Part shown: in pieces, positions 35,691 through 45,913 of the stretch | Numbering within the stretch: the first letter of the stretch is position 1 | How the letters are laid out: each line of letters opens with the position of its first letter | DNA from: Rickettsiales bacterium | GTDB taxonomy: Bacteria > Pseudomonadota > Alphaproteobacteria > Rickettsiales > CANDYO01 | Length of the DNA: 64,000 nt | Reading direction: 5' to 3' | Assembly: GCA_965228885.1 (NCBI GenBank) | Contig: OZ245841.1 | Span: forward strand, 1,332,264-1,396,263 | Translations under genes and position numbers: made by a program | The notes under the pieces: generated by a model | Told to the model about the DNA's origin: nothing | Seen by the model: the letters and a program-made list of their open reading frames with translations, nothing else | Databases searched by the model: none

Positions 35691-36137
35691 TTATCTCCTC
35701 ATCTCTTTAGGAATATTATTTTTTTGAGGAGAAAACCTCTCTATATCCAAAGATAATCCAGCTTTATTTAACGATTTTACCATCCCTATCATACTTTCTT
35801 CCATTTTTTTTACATGCTTAGCAAAACTATTCTCTTTATCATGATCAAACACACTTACAAATCGTTTAAAGTTCAATAAGTTAGATTGCAGAGCCTCCAT
35901 AGTTTTAGTCACCACTGTTGCCTTAACTCTATTATCCATTGATATTGTAAACCCTTCAAGTCCTATTAAAGTTTGCCTCAATCTAGAAATACCACTATCA
36001 AATTTTGGAATTAATTGATTCAACAAATAACCACTATGTTCTGACATCAATCTTCTAGAAAGATATTTTGACTTGGAAACCTGATCATCCATTTCTTTAA
36101 TATATTCAGCCGTAGCATTTATTCCTTCCTTCATCAA
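35691..36137 (-). CDS. hypothetical protein, a single copy of the same orphan module
   Basis: Carries the block MEESMIGMVKSLNKAGLSLDIERFSP. Only 2 nt separate its stop from the start of the 335-aa paralog. Confidence 0.6.
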   Translation of the reverse strand: MMKEGINATAEYIKEMDDQVSKSKYLSRRLMSEHSGYLLNQLIPKFDSGISRLRQTLIGLEGFTISMDNRVKATVVTKTMEALQSNLLNFKRFVSVFDHDKENSFAKHVKKMEESMIGMVKSLNKAGLSLDIERFSPQKNNIPKEMRR

Positions 36138-36202
36138 AGACCTCTTGTCTTTTTAACCAAAAATAGAATTATACTTATTAATGGTTAATGAATGATTAAT
36201 CA

Positions 36203-37024
36203 CTACTTCTGACATTTATCACAATAAAAGCTAGCTCTACCTCCTTGTTTTAATTTAATTATATAGCTATTACAAGATCTACATTCTTCCCCTTCCCTGC
36301 CATAAACATTAAATGAATTTTGGAAATATCCCTTCTCTCCGCTTACTGACGCATAGTCTTTTAGGCTAGAACCACCTTTCTTTATGGAAAGATCTAAAAC
36401 TTCTATAATTTTACTATACAATAATTTCACTTCTTTTGCAGTTAAAGTATTAGAAACCCTAAGAGGAGAAATTTTACTAAGAAACAAACATTCAGAAGCA
36501 TATATATTGCCCACCCCAACAATATGTTTATTATCCATTAAGCTTAACTTTATTGGCTGCTTTCTCTTTAAAACCTTCTCTAAATAGCCTGAAGTAAAAT
36601 TAGTATCAAATGGCTCAATCCCTAGATTTCTAATTAGAATATGATCTTCTAATTCGTCTCTCTTAACTAAGGTTATTAAACCAAAGCGACGAGGGTCGTT
36701 ATACACAACCACGATGCCACCTTCCAAAACAAAGGAAAAATGATCATGCTTCTGATAAATATAATCCTTTTTTTTGATTAACACCTTACCTGACATTCCA
36801 AGGTGAACTAACAACACCTGATTATTACTTAAAAATATTTGTATATATTTTGCCCTTCTTACAATATCAATTATATTAGTGTTACTAATTTTTTGAACAA
36901 TATCAGCAGGAATTTCTTGCCTTAATTTATGCTTTGTAAGATGATATACTTCTGTGATAGTTTGGTTTAAAACGCTATTTCTTAAGCCTTGACAAATTGT
37001 TTCAACTTCTGGCAATTCTGGCAT
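36203..37024 (-). CDS. mutM: formamidopyrimidine-DNA glycosylase
   Basis: N-terminus MPELPEVE, an H2TH region and a C-terminal zinc finger CRSCNSYI...GRASFYCDKCQ. Confidence 0.92.
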   Translation of the reverse strand: MPELPEVETICQGLRNSVLNQTITEVYHLTKHKLRQEIPADIVQKISNTNIIDIVRRAKYIQIFLSNNQVLLVHLGMSGKVLIKKKDYIYQKHDHFSFVLEGGIVVVYNDPRRFGLITLVKRDELEDHILIRNLGIEPFDTNFTSGYLEKVLKRKQPIKLSLMDNKHIVGVGNIYASECLFLSKISPLRVSNTLTAKEVKLLYSKIIEVLDLSIKKGGSSLKDYASVSGEKGYFQNSFNVYGREGEECRSCNSYIIKLKQGGRASFYCDKCQK

Positions 37025-37079
37025 TATTTTTAAACCTCTTCATAACAATTTATACAACAACATAACATAAGGATCTAGA

Positions 37080-37691
37080 ATGAAACAGGAAAATTTTATC
37101 TTAACTATTTCTTCTCCATCAGGAGCTGGCAAAACTTCTATTGCTAAAAAAATAGTATCTGTAGATTCTAAATTTGTACATTCTATTTCTGTTACTACTA
37201 GAGACAAACGTCCATTAGATGTTGAAGGCAAAGATTATTATTTTGTGAGCAAAGAAGAATTCGAAGAAATGCTTAATAACAATGAATTCCTTGAATATAC
37301 AAAGATTTTTGGAAATTTTTATGGATCACCAAAATCTTATATCAAAGATCAATTGTCTAAAGGTCATGATATTATGTTTGATGTTGATTGGCATGGATCA
37401 GATTCCATTAAAAACCAACTTGGTGATTTAGTGGTGAGCATATTTATATTACCACCTTCAATGAAAGAGCTAGAACAAAGACTACGCTCACGAAATTCTA
37501 ATTCAGAAGAAGATATTATAAATAGAGTAAAAAATGCACCCTTTGAAGTAAGTAAATATTCTCTGTATGATTATGTAATAGTTAATGAAGACTTTGAAGA
37601 AACAGTAAAAAAGATATTTACTATAATAGAAGCAGAAAGATTAAAACGTTGTGACTTTAGAGATTTTATTAATAAGCTAGTCAATTCTTAA
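37080..37691 (+). CDS. gmk: guanylate kinase
   Basis: P-loop SSPSGAGKTS, TTRDKRPLDVEGKDYYFVS and FLEYTKIFGNFYGS. Confidence 0.9.
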   Translation: MKQENFILTISSPSGAGKTSIAKKIVSVDSKFVHSISVTTRDKRPLDVEGKDYYFVSKEEFEEMLNNNEFLEYTKIFGNFYGSPKSYIKDQLSKGHDIMFDVDWHGSDSIKNQLGDLVVSIFILPPSMKELEQRLRSRNSNSEEDIINRVKNAPFEVSKYSLYDYVIVNEDFEETVKKIFTIIEAERLKRCDFRDFINKLVNS

Positions 37692-37722
37692 GTAATTAAC
37701 TAGCTTAGAAAAAGAACTAAAC

Positions 37723-38145
37723 TTAAGCTAAAACTTCTGCTAAAGCTTCTTCAGATAAATCTTGCCCACTTTTTGCTAAAATTCTGACTAAAGAGTTAAT
37801 AGCATCTTTATGTTCTGGATTTTTAATTTTCATGAAGTTACGTGAAACTTCTATACACATTCTTTGACTTGGATTCGGATTAATATCAGAATCTACAACA
37901 TTTAATGTTGAGTCTAATCCTTCATAAAAACTAGCAACAGATGTATTTAAATATTTAGCAATTAATGCAAGTCTTCCTGCAGAAACTCTGTTTGTACCAA
38001 TTTCATATTTTTGCAACTGCTGGTGAGTAACTTCAATTTTTTCACCTAAATCTTGACGAGACATCCCATGTGCTAATCTTAATTCTTGAATTTTTGCACC
38101 AATATAACGATCAATTTGTTCAATATGTTCAACTTTTCTAGCCAT
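37723..38145 (-). CDS. XRE-family helix-turn-helix transcriptional regulator with a C-terminal extension
   Basis: HTH_3-like IGAKIQELRLAHGMSRQDLGEKIEVTHQQLQKYEIGTNRVSAGRLALIAKYL. Confidence 0.75.
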   Translation of the reverse strand: MARKVEHIEQIDRYIGAKIQELRLAHGMSRQDLGEKIEVTHQQLQKYEIGTNRVSAGRLALIAKYLNTSVASFYEGLDSTLNVVDSDINPNPSQRMCIEVSRNFMKIKNPEHKDAINSLVRILAKSGQDLSEEALAEVLA

Positions 38146-38283
38146 TTTCTTACCTTATAATTATTATTATTCACTTGTTATGTTACTTGCGATTACAACA
38201 ACTTAACATAAATTAACTATATACGCAAGTTATTTTTAACAATTATATGTAGAAATTTTAATCTTTTCAACTCAAGGATACAT

Positions 38284-38817
38284 TTATATCCATTTACGAA
38301 CCATTCTAACCACTGACTCTTCCTTGGTTAGAGAGATAACATCATTTTTATTAACCCACCTCAACTCTTTAGCTTCTCCATTATTAGATAACTCTTCATC
38401 ACTTTTTACCTGGAGTAAAAACCTTATATCATAGTGATAATGAGCATTCTCCTTTTTGTTTTCTGGAATTAGATGGATATCTATATCAAAAATATTACCA
38501 TCTACGGCTTCAATTGCATTAATTCCTGACTCTTCTTGCGCCTCTTTTATAGCAACAGCCAGAATATCCGAATCTCCATCTGCATGCCCACCAGGCTGAA
38601 ACCATCTATTAAGCTTCCTATGATGCATTAACAGCGCTTTATCACCTTCTTTATTAAGCAACCAACTTGACCCAGTTATATGCCCTTTTTCTAACTCTCT
38701 CTCAAAACAATTATGATTCTCATTAATAAATATAATAATATCTTCTTTTGCTTTACTCTCTTCTTCAGAAGAAGGAGTATATTTTTCTAGTAACTCAAGT
38801 AAATTATTTCTATGCAT
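38284..38817 (-). CDS. NUDIX hydrolase
   Basis: Nudix box GGHADGDSDILAVAIKEAQEESG. The ATG at 38817 (MHRNNLLELL) is preferred over the track start at 38874. Confidence 0.75.
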   Translation of the reverse strand: MHRNNLLELLEKYTPSSEEESKAKEDIIIFINENHNCFERELEKGHITGSSWLLNKEGDKALLMHHRKLNRWFQPGGHADGDSDILAVAIKEAQEESGINAIEAVDGNIFDIDIHLIPENKKENAHYHYDIRFLLQVKSDEELSNNGEAKELRWVNKNDVISLTKEESVVRMVRKWI

Positions 38818-38946
38818 ATTTAATCTCCATAATATTATGTATGAATAGCTAGCATACAACCCCATATAATTCAATTATAACTTTATTGACATCTAGTTAA
38901 CTTGTGTTTACCTTTAGCGATTATTAATTTAAATGAGTAAAGTATT

Positions 38947-41466
38947 ATGATATTAAAAAAAAAGAAACCTATTAACACCAGAGTATTTTCTTCTGATGAT
39001 GAGAAAATCATCCATATTCGTGGAGAATACTCAGAATTTCAAGTTAGCAAAACTAGTGGTAATATCATAGTTGAAGACAACATAGTAGGAAATATTGATC
39101 TTATTCAAGTAACTGACTTAGCAACAAATAAAACTACTCATCACAAAAACGCTAAATTCTTATATTACCAAAAAGATTTAAATATGGTCCCAGTAACCAG
39201 AGAAGAACCAATACCAGTGGCGGTTACTATTGATGTGGAGCAAAAAAATGGAACATATTATATTAACGAACAAGACATCCTAAAGCATCAAATAGATTTA
39301 AACACTAATAAGTTTGAAATTACTAACGTCTATGATTCAAAGGGCGGAACTGCAACAGTAAAAGATGGACAAATCACTTTTAAAACCGATGATAATTATA
39401 AAGGAATAATGTCATTTAGATATTTGTTTGAAAATGAATTTGGACAATCATCCACAGAAAAAAATCCCGTTCTTTTAAGAACCCCAGACCTACCAAAAGA
39501 TGAAAAATTTATTCAGCAATTATGGTATTTAGAAGATGTAAATGTTCTTCCAGTTTGGGATAAATATACTGGAAAAGGGATAAAAGTGGCGGTTTATGAC
39601 AGCGGCTTCTTTCCTAATCACATAGACATAGACAATAATGTTATACATAGAGATGATTTCTCTGTTTATAACAGCCACATAATAGGCCTTCAACAACATG
39701 CTCTGCAAGTTGCAAGTATTATTGCCTCCGAAAAAAATGATAAATTTTATGTTGGAATTGCACATAATGCAAAAATAGGAAGTTATCAAGCACTAAGATC
39801 AGGTCACCCTAACCATAATGATTTAAGCTTCTTTTTAGATTACGATGTGATCAATAATAGCTGGGGATCAGATATTCCTTTTAATCCATCTAAAGAACGA
39901 ATCGAACTGCATAAACAAGACTTTAAAAAAGCAGCAAGCCTAGGAAGAGACAGTCTTGGAAGTATAATAACATTTGCCAGCGGCAATTCTGGAGAAATTG
40001 GCCTTGACTCGAATTATGATGGATTTATGTCTGGGCCGCATATTATCATAGTGGGGGGAATAAATAAACCACTCGATCAATTATTTATGGAAAAACATAT
40101 ACCATATTTTGCATCTCACGGAGCTAATATTTTAGTTTCAGCTCCAGCTTCAAATATTTGTTTATTATCAAATGAGAACTTTGAGATATCTAATAATTTT
40201 AACTCCCAAGATTCCAATAGCGTTAACATCCAGGGAACCTCTTTTGCAGCTCCTATAGTGAGTGGAATTATAGCATTAATGTTAGAAGCTAATCCAAACT
40301 TAGGATATAGAGATGTTCAAGAAATATTAGCCTCTTCTGCTAAGATAGAAACAAACGGGCTTCTACCACAATGGTCTTGGCAATATAATAAAGCTGATAA
40401 TTGGAATGGTGGAGGACAGCATTTTAGTCATCAATACGGTTTTGGTAAAGTTGATGCTCAAGCAGCTGTGAAACTTGCAGAGTCTTGGCCCTTGCAACAA
40501 ACAATACAAAACCTTAAAACCACACAAAATTATTATCAATTAACTCGTCAAATAGTTACTTCTATAGATTCATTTAAAATTGATATACCACAAAACGGAA
40601 TAGTTGAGCATATTGAACAAAGCGTTAATATAGGTATTAGAGGGAATATTCAGGATATTAACCTATATCTAACATCTCCACAAAATACCACAAGTAAGTT
40701 GATGTATAATTTTTTACATAATCCTGTAGAAAATAAAAAGTTATCCAGCTTTGAAATATTAGATAAGCTCAAAATTCATTCATTACCGACAGGAATAGAT
40801 TGGAACTTTGGCAGTACTAACTTCCGTGGAGAAGAAATGAAGGGAACATGGACATTTACTGTGGAAGTTAGAAATAGCCCAGCCATTGCTAATAACCCAC
40901 AACCACCACAAACAACAGAGGCCGTATACATTAACGCTCTAGACATTAAAATTCATGCTAAATCAGACAATACATTAAAACAAATGATTTATACTGATGA
41001 ATTTAAATCATCCATAGAAGATACACAACAAGATAGAAAAAATATCTCTGTGGATCAAAATATTGATATTATAAATGGAGCAGCTTTAAGCTCTGGAATT
41101 GATATAGATTTAGATAATAATATAGCATTTATAGATCAAGTTGAAGTAAAGCTAGACAAAGACATCAAGCTTAAAGGAATTATTACTACCGATCATGATG
41201 ATAGAATTACCATCTCAGATAATCAAAAACTTACTATCAATCTAAATGAAGGAGATGATATAGTTGAGTTTTATGGTTATGATAATATCATTACCTTACA
41301 AAAACAGACTGGAATAATCACCATCAATCATTTTGAACAAAATTTTACTATAGACACAACTGAACTAGGTGAAGGACATTGCTGGCAACTTAACAATGGA
41401 TTTGAAAGTAATATAATAATTTTAGATAATAGCTTAGCTGTTAACGAATATTATGAGCAATATTAG
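38947..41466 (+). CDS. subtilisin-family (S8) serine protease with a proprotein-convertase P-domain and N- and C-terminal extensions (839 aa)
   Basis: Asp block GIKVAVYDSGF, His block QQHALQVASIIAS, Asn block VINNSWG and Ser block GTSFAAPIVSGIIALMLEANP. P-domain-like INLYLTSPQNTTSKLM...WNFGSTNFRGEEMKGTWTFTVEV. Confidence 0.75.
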   Translation: MILKKKKPINTRVFSSDDEKIIHIRGEYSEFQVSKTSGNIIVEDNIVGNIDLIQVTDLATNKTTHHKNAKFLYYQKDLNMVPVTREEPIPVAVTIDVEQKNGTYYINEQDILKHQIDLNTNKFEITNVYDSKGGTATVKDGQITFKTDDNYKGIMSFRYLFENEFGQSSTEKNPVLLRTPDLPKDEKFIQQLWYLEDVNVLPVWDKYTGKGIKVAVYDSGFFPNHIDIDNNVIHRDDFSVYNSHIIGLQQHALQVASIIASEKNDKFYVGIAHNAKIGSYQALRSGHPNHNDLSFFLDYDVINNSWGSDIPFNPSKERIELHKQDFKKAASLGRDSLGSIITFASGNSGEIGLDSNYDGFMSGPHIIIVGGINKPLDQLFMEKHIPYFASHGANILVSAPASNICLLSNENFEISNNFNSQDSNSVNIQGTSFAAPIVSGIIALMLEANPNLGYRDVQEILASSAKIETNGLLPQWSWQYNKADNWNGGGQHFSHQYGFGKVDAQAAVKLAESWPLQQTIQNLKTTQNYYQLTRQIVTSIDSFKIDIPQNGIVEHIEQSVNIGIRGNIQDINLYLTSPQNTTSKLMYNFLHNPVENKKLSSFEILDKLKIHSLPTGIDWNFGSTNFRGEEMKGTWTFTVEVRNSPAIANNPQPPQTTEAVYINALDIKIHAKSDNTLKQMIYTDEFKSSIEDTQQDRKNISVDQNIDIINGAALSSGIDIDLDNNIAFIDQVEVKLDKDIKLKGIITTDHDDRITISDNQKLTINLNEGDDIVEFYGYDNIITLQKQTGIITINHFEQNFTIDTTELGEGHCWQLNNGFESNIIILDNSLAVNEYYEQY

Positions 41467-41544
41467 TTTACACTAGCCAGATTGGATAATCTATGCTATA
41501 AAGAAACGTCTTAAAAATCCTTAAATAATAAATAGTGAATTAGA

Positions 41545-43365
41545 ATGCATAATATTAGAAATTTAGCAATTATTGCCCATGTTGATCACGGTAAAACAAC
41601 TATGATTGACTCAATGTTTAATCAGTCAGGTATATTTCGTGATAATCAAAAACGCTCAGAAAGAGCTATGGATTCTAATGATCTTGAAAAAGAACGCGGG
41701 ATTACAATTCTAGCTAAATGCACATCAATTGAACTTGAAGACGTACGCCTTAACATTGTTGATACCCCAGGCCATGCTGATTTTGGTGGAGAAGTTGAAC
41801 GAGTATTATCCATGGTGGATGGAGTTCTTCTGCTAGTGGATGCTGCCGAAGGCCCGATGCCACAAACAAAATTTGTTTTAACCAAAGCTCTAAGCCTAGG
41901 ATTAAACCCTATAGTTGTAATTAATAAAGTTGATCGTTCAGATGCTAGAGTTAATGAAGTATTAGATGAAATTTTTGATCTATTCGTTGCACTGGATGCA
42001 AATAATGAGCAATTAAGCTTTCCTGTTTTATATGGATCAGGAAGAGCTGGATGGGTTAGCCTTGAGCAAGATGAAGTAGGAGAAAATTTAGAACCTTTAT
42101 TCAACATAATAAAAGAATATGTCCCTGCCCCTAAAGTGGAGAAAGAAGCTCCATTTTCTATGCTTGCAACTATTTTAGATTATGATCCTTATTTAGGTAG
42201 AATGCTAACTGGTAAAATCTATAGCGGAATTGCAAAAACTAACATGCCAGTAAAAGCTCTTAATATCAACGGTGAACAAATTGAGTTAGGTAGATTAACA
42301 AAAGTATTTGTATTCCGAGGTGTTGAGAAAGTTGCGGTTGATCAAGCTGAAGCTGGGGATATTGTATCTATTGCTGGACTTATTAAAGGATCAGTAGCCG
42401 ATACTATTTGCTCTACAGATGTTGTAGATCCAATTCCTTCAACTCCAATTGACCCACCAACAATGTCGGTTACTCTAACTGTAAATAATTCTCCATTTGC
42501 TGGAACTGAAGGAACTAAAGTTACTTCTAGAGTAATTGGTGATAGATTATTTAAAGAAGCAGAAGTTAATGTGGCAATTAAAGTGACAGAGACAGAAACT
42601 AAAGATGCTTTTGAAGTTGGCGGAAGAGGTGAATTACAATTAGGAGTTCTTTTAGAAACTATGCGTCGTGAAGGTTTTGAAGTTTCTGTATCTAGACCTC
42701 AAGTATTATTTCAAAAAGATGAGAATGGAAATCTGTTAGAGCCTATTGAAGAAGCCCTAATTGATGTCGATGAAGAATTCAGCGGTATTGTAGTAGAGAA
42801 ACTAACCATACGTAAAGGCGAATTGCAAGACATGCGCCCTTCGGGTGGTGGAAAGATTAGATTAACTTTCCATATTCCTTCACGTGGTTTAATTGGCTAC
42901 CAAGGAGAATTCTTAACTGACACCAAAGGTACTGGTATTATGAATAGATTGTTCCATGGATACGGCCCTCATAAAGGAAAGTTAGAAGGAAGAAGAAATG
43001 GCGTTCTAATATCCATGGAAAAAGGTATTACAACATCTTATTCTCTATGGAACCTTGAAGAAAGAGGAGTATTATTTGTTCATCCTCAAGAAAAAGTATA
43101 TGTGGGAATGATTATTGGCCAACATAGCCGAGATAATGATTTAGAAGTTAACCCTATCAAAGGAAAACAATTATCCAATATTCGAACCACATCTAAAGAT
43201 GAAGCAATAAAACTAACTCCTCCTAAAGAAATGAACCTAGAACAAGCTATTGCTTATATTGAGTCTGACGAATTGGTAGAAATAACTCCCAAAAATATTA
43301 GAATTAGAAAGAAATATCTTGATCCAAATGAAAGAAAGAAACTATCAAGGCAAGAAAAACAATAA
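41545..43365 (+). CDS. typA: translational GTPase TypA/BipA
   Basis: Motifs IRNLAIIAHVDHGKTT, DTPGHADFGGEVER and NKVDR. 606 aa with an EF-G-like domain order. Confidence 0.92.
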   Translation: MHNIRNLAIIAHVDHGKTTMIDSMFNQSGIFRDNQKRSERAMDSNDLEKERGITILAKCTSIELEDVRLNIVDTPGHADFGGEVERVLSMVDGVLLLVDAAEGPMPQTKFVLTKALSLGLNPIVVINKVDRSDARVNEVLDEIFDLFVALDANNEQLSFPVLYGSGRAGWVSLEQDEVGENLEPLFNIIKEYVPAPKVEKEAPFSMLATILDYDPYLGRMLTGKIYSGIAKTNMPVKALNINGEQIELGRLTKVFVFRGVEKVAVDQAEAGDIVSIAGLIKGSVADTICSTDVVDPIPSTPIDPPTMSVTLTVNNSPFAGTEGTKVTSRVIGDRLFKEAEVNVAIKVTETETKDAFEVGGRGELQLGVLLETMRREGFEVSVSRPQVLFQKDENGNLLEPIEEALIDVDEEFSGIVVEKLTIRKGELQDMRPSGGGKIRLTFHIPSRGLIGYQGEFLTDTKGTGIMNRLFHGYGPHKGKLEGRRNGVLISMEKGITTSYSLWNLEERGVLFVHPQEKVYVGMIIGQHSRDNDLEVNPIKGKQLSNIRTTSKDEAIKLTPPKEMNLEQAIAYIESDELVEITPKNIRIRKKYLDPNERKKLSRQEKQ

Positions 43366-43369
43366 ACAA

Positions 43370-44695
43370 CTATAAGGATCTAGCCTTTGAAGATTTATCA
43401 TGATATTTTTTGGTTTTCTGATGAAAATTCTTCTCAACAGGAGGGGGCTCTAAAGCTTCTTTAACCACTAGCTTTGCAGATGATTGTGCTGCTCTTAATT
43501 TTTCCTCCTGTTGTTCTTTTTGCATTTCTTTAATATTACTAGCTAATTCTTCTTCTACTACAGAAACCACTTCAGGATTATGAGATTTAACCTTATCTTG
43601 GTGAAGATAACTATTTATGGTCATTAAAATTGCTAGACTTACTGCTCCTGCAGCTAATTTGACTGAAGGACCAGGAATCCCTGTATATTCTTCAATCAGA
43701 GTATCACTAATTTCTCCTGCTGCATGGGAAATATATCTCATAGCCTCACCTGAAAGCTTTTTTGATAATAAATAGTAATCTGCCGCCTTAGTGAATTCCA
43801 TTCTATTAAGAAAAGCTTTACCACCTGTCATTTTCCATAAATTTTTATATGCTGCTCTCTTTGAAGCTGAATAGACCCCTCCAGACAATGAACCGCTCCC
43901 TAAAGCACCTACAACACCATGAGCCACTATATCTGGTATATCACTCTTAAAGTCAAGAGCTTTATTTGCTACGGCTGCACTCATAGCAGCTCCACTTGAC
44001 TTAGCCAAAGTAACCAAAATATTTTCGTCATGAGATTTAGCAAAAGTTTTAATAGCCTCTTTCATTGGAATGGCAGTATCTTTAGGACGAGTTCCAGTTG
44101 TGGCGTTTACTCCACCTCCACCATATACAGTAGCAGCTCCATAACCCAACCTAGATCCAATAGAGGAAAATCCCTCTCCTCCAACAATTCCTTTAAATGA
44201 TTGATCAATCACAACATTACAAAATGTTTCAAACATTGTTGCTTTTCCTGGATTTTTTCTTGCTTTTAATACTCCTTCAGTAGCATCAGATAATGTATCA
44301 AAAGCACTGGATACGCAACCATATAAATAATTGGAGGTGCTATTAAGGAATCCTTCCATATTCTCAGAAGTAACCTCTTCTACAGGGGCTGGAGACACCC
44401 CCTCTCCCTCTAAAAATTTAACTCTTTCTTGCACTGCATTTATAACTGATTTAGGGTAATATTCATGTAACTCAGCAACTCCTGTAGGGCTCGAGGCACA
44501 ACGAAGAAGCAACGCCTCTTGCCCAGCATTTGCTATTGATACCGCTTCAGGAAAAGAAAGTTCTTCCTGGCTTGTAACCTTCTTTAAAATTCCAAGCTCC
44601 TCTGCTGGATTATTCAAATTCCTTCTTATATTTTCTAGATGCCGAGCTATAAAATCCTCTAAACGATCATCTGCCCTTTTTATCATAAATTTCAA
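43370..44695 (-). CDS. hypothetical protein (441 aa) with Gly/Ala/Ser-rich central region and a C-terminal TM-like segment plus basic tail
   Basis: No family recognised. Segments GGEGFSSIGSRLGYGAATVYGGGGVNATTG, VAHGVVGALGSGSLSGGVY and KLAAGAVSLAILMTI. Confidence 0.5.
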   Translation of the reverse strand: MKFMIKRADDRLEDFIARHLENIRRNLNNPAEELGILKKVTSQEELSFPEAVSIANAGQEALLLRCASSPTGVAELHEYYPKSVINAVQERVKFLEGEGVSPAPVEEVTSENMEGFLNSTSNYLYGCVSSAFDTLSDATEGVLKARKNPGKATMFETFCNVVIDQSFKGIVGGEGFSSIGSRLGYGAATVYGGGGVNATTGTRPKDTAIPMKEAIKTFAKSHDENILVTLAKSSGAAMSAAVANKALDFKSDIPDIVAHGVVGALGSGSLSGGVYSASKRAAYKNLWKMTGGKAFLNRMEFTKAADYYLLSKKLSGEAMRYISHAAGEISDTLIEEYTGIPGPSVKLAAGAVSLAILMTINSYLHQDKVKSHNPEVVSVVEEELASNIKEMQKEQQEEKLRAAQSSAKLVVKEALEPPPVEKNFHQKTKKYHDKSSKARSL

Positions 44696-44890
44696 CTCTT
44701 TATATAAAGTAGCTCAATTATTAGTCTACAATAATAAATCATTTTAAAAAGATATTTTTATTTAACACCATAATATAGCTCTAATTTTTATATTATTTAA
44801 GAGATTTGAATTCACAGTAATTATCTTGACACTCTATTCAAACCTTAATAACATGACAATGATATAGTAACATTGATATATAAGAGCAAT

Positions 44891-45913
44891 ATGGCAGACT
44901 CACGTTTCTTTCATAATAATGGATCAATATCTTTAAAAAAGATTATTGAGCTAACAGGAGCTTCTCTTCAAATTGAAACTGATCAGGATACAATAATTGA
45001 AGATGTTGCACCTCTTGAATTAGCAAACCACAAGCAATTAAGCTTTCTAACTAACAGTAAATATCTTTCTTCATTTAAAGAATCTAAAGCTGGCTTCTGT
45101 TTTGTTTCTGAAAAATTTGTAAATCATGCCCCCTCATCTATGGTTACCTTAAAACATAGCAATCCATACAAAGCATATGCTATTGTGGCAAATGAATTTT
45201 ACGCAGAAAAAGAAATAAAAGGCAAAATTTCTGATACTGCAGTAATTTCGAAAAAAGCACAGCTAGGAGATAACTGTAGCATAGGAAACTTTGTGGTAAT
45301 TGAAGATGGAGTTGTTATTGGTAACAATACTATAATTGATCATAATAGCGTTATAAAGCGTAATGTAGTTATAGGAAATAACACAAAAATTGCAAGTAAT
45401 GTTACTATTTCACATTCTGTTATTGGCAATAATGTAATGATTCATCCAGGAGTTAGAATTGGACAAGATGGATTTGGCTTCGCTTCTGATCATACAGGTC
45501 ATTTAAAAGTTCCACAACTTGGAATTGTTAAAATTGGTGATTTTGTAGAGATTGGAGCCAATACTACTATCGACAGAGGATCCGCTCAAGACACTATAAT
45601 TGGGGATATGTGCCAAATTGATAATTTAGTTCAATTAGGACATAATGTACAACTTGGTAAAGCTTGTGTTTTAGTTGCTCAATCTGGAGTTGCTGGAAGC
45701 ACAAAGCTTGGTGACTTCGTTATACTTGGAGGACAAGTGGGAGTTGCAGGACATTTAAAAATTGGTAATCAAGTACAAGTGGCTGCACAGTCAGGAATTG
45801 CTCAAAATATAGAAGACAAACAAATTATGGGAGGTTCTCCCGCTGTGCCTATTAGACAATGGCATAAACAAACTTTCTGCCTAAAAAAACTAGCTAATAA
45901 GGATAAAAGCTAA
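44891..45913 (+). CDS. lpxD: UDP-3-O-acylglucosamine N-acyltransferase
   Basis: Left-handed beta-helix hexapeptide repeats and the HNVQLG block. The ATG at 44891 (MADSRFF) is preferred over the upstream TTG at 44873. Confidence 0.88.
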   Translation: MADSRFFHNNGSISLKKIIELTGASLQIETDQDTIIEDVAPLELANHKQLSFLTNSKYLSSFKESKAGFCFVSEKFVNHAPSSMVTLKHSNPYKAYAIVANEFYAEKEIKGKISDTAVISKKAQLGDNCSIGNFVVIEDGVVIGNNTIIDHNSVIKRNVVIGNNTKIASNVTISHSVIGNNVMIHPGVRIGQDGFGFASDHTGHLKVPQLGIVKIGDFVEIGANTTIDRGSAQDTIIGDMCQIDNLVQLGHNVQLGKACVLVAQSGVAGSTKLGDFVILGGQVGVAGHLKIGNQVQVAAQSGIAQNIEDKQIMGGSPAVPIRQWHKQTFCLKKLANKDKS

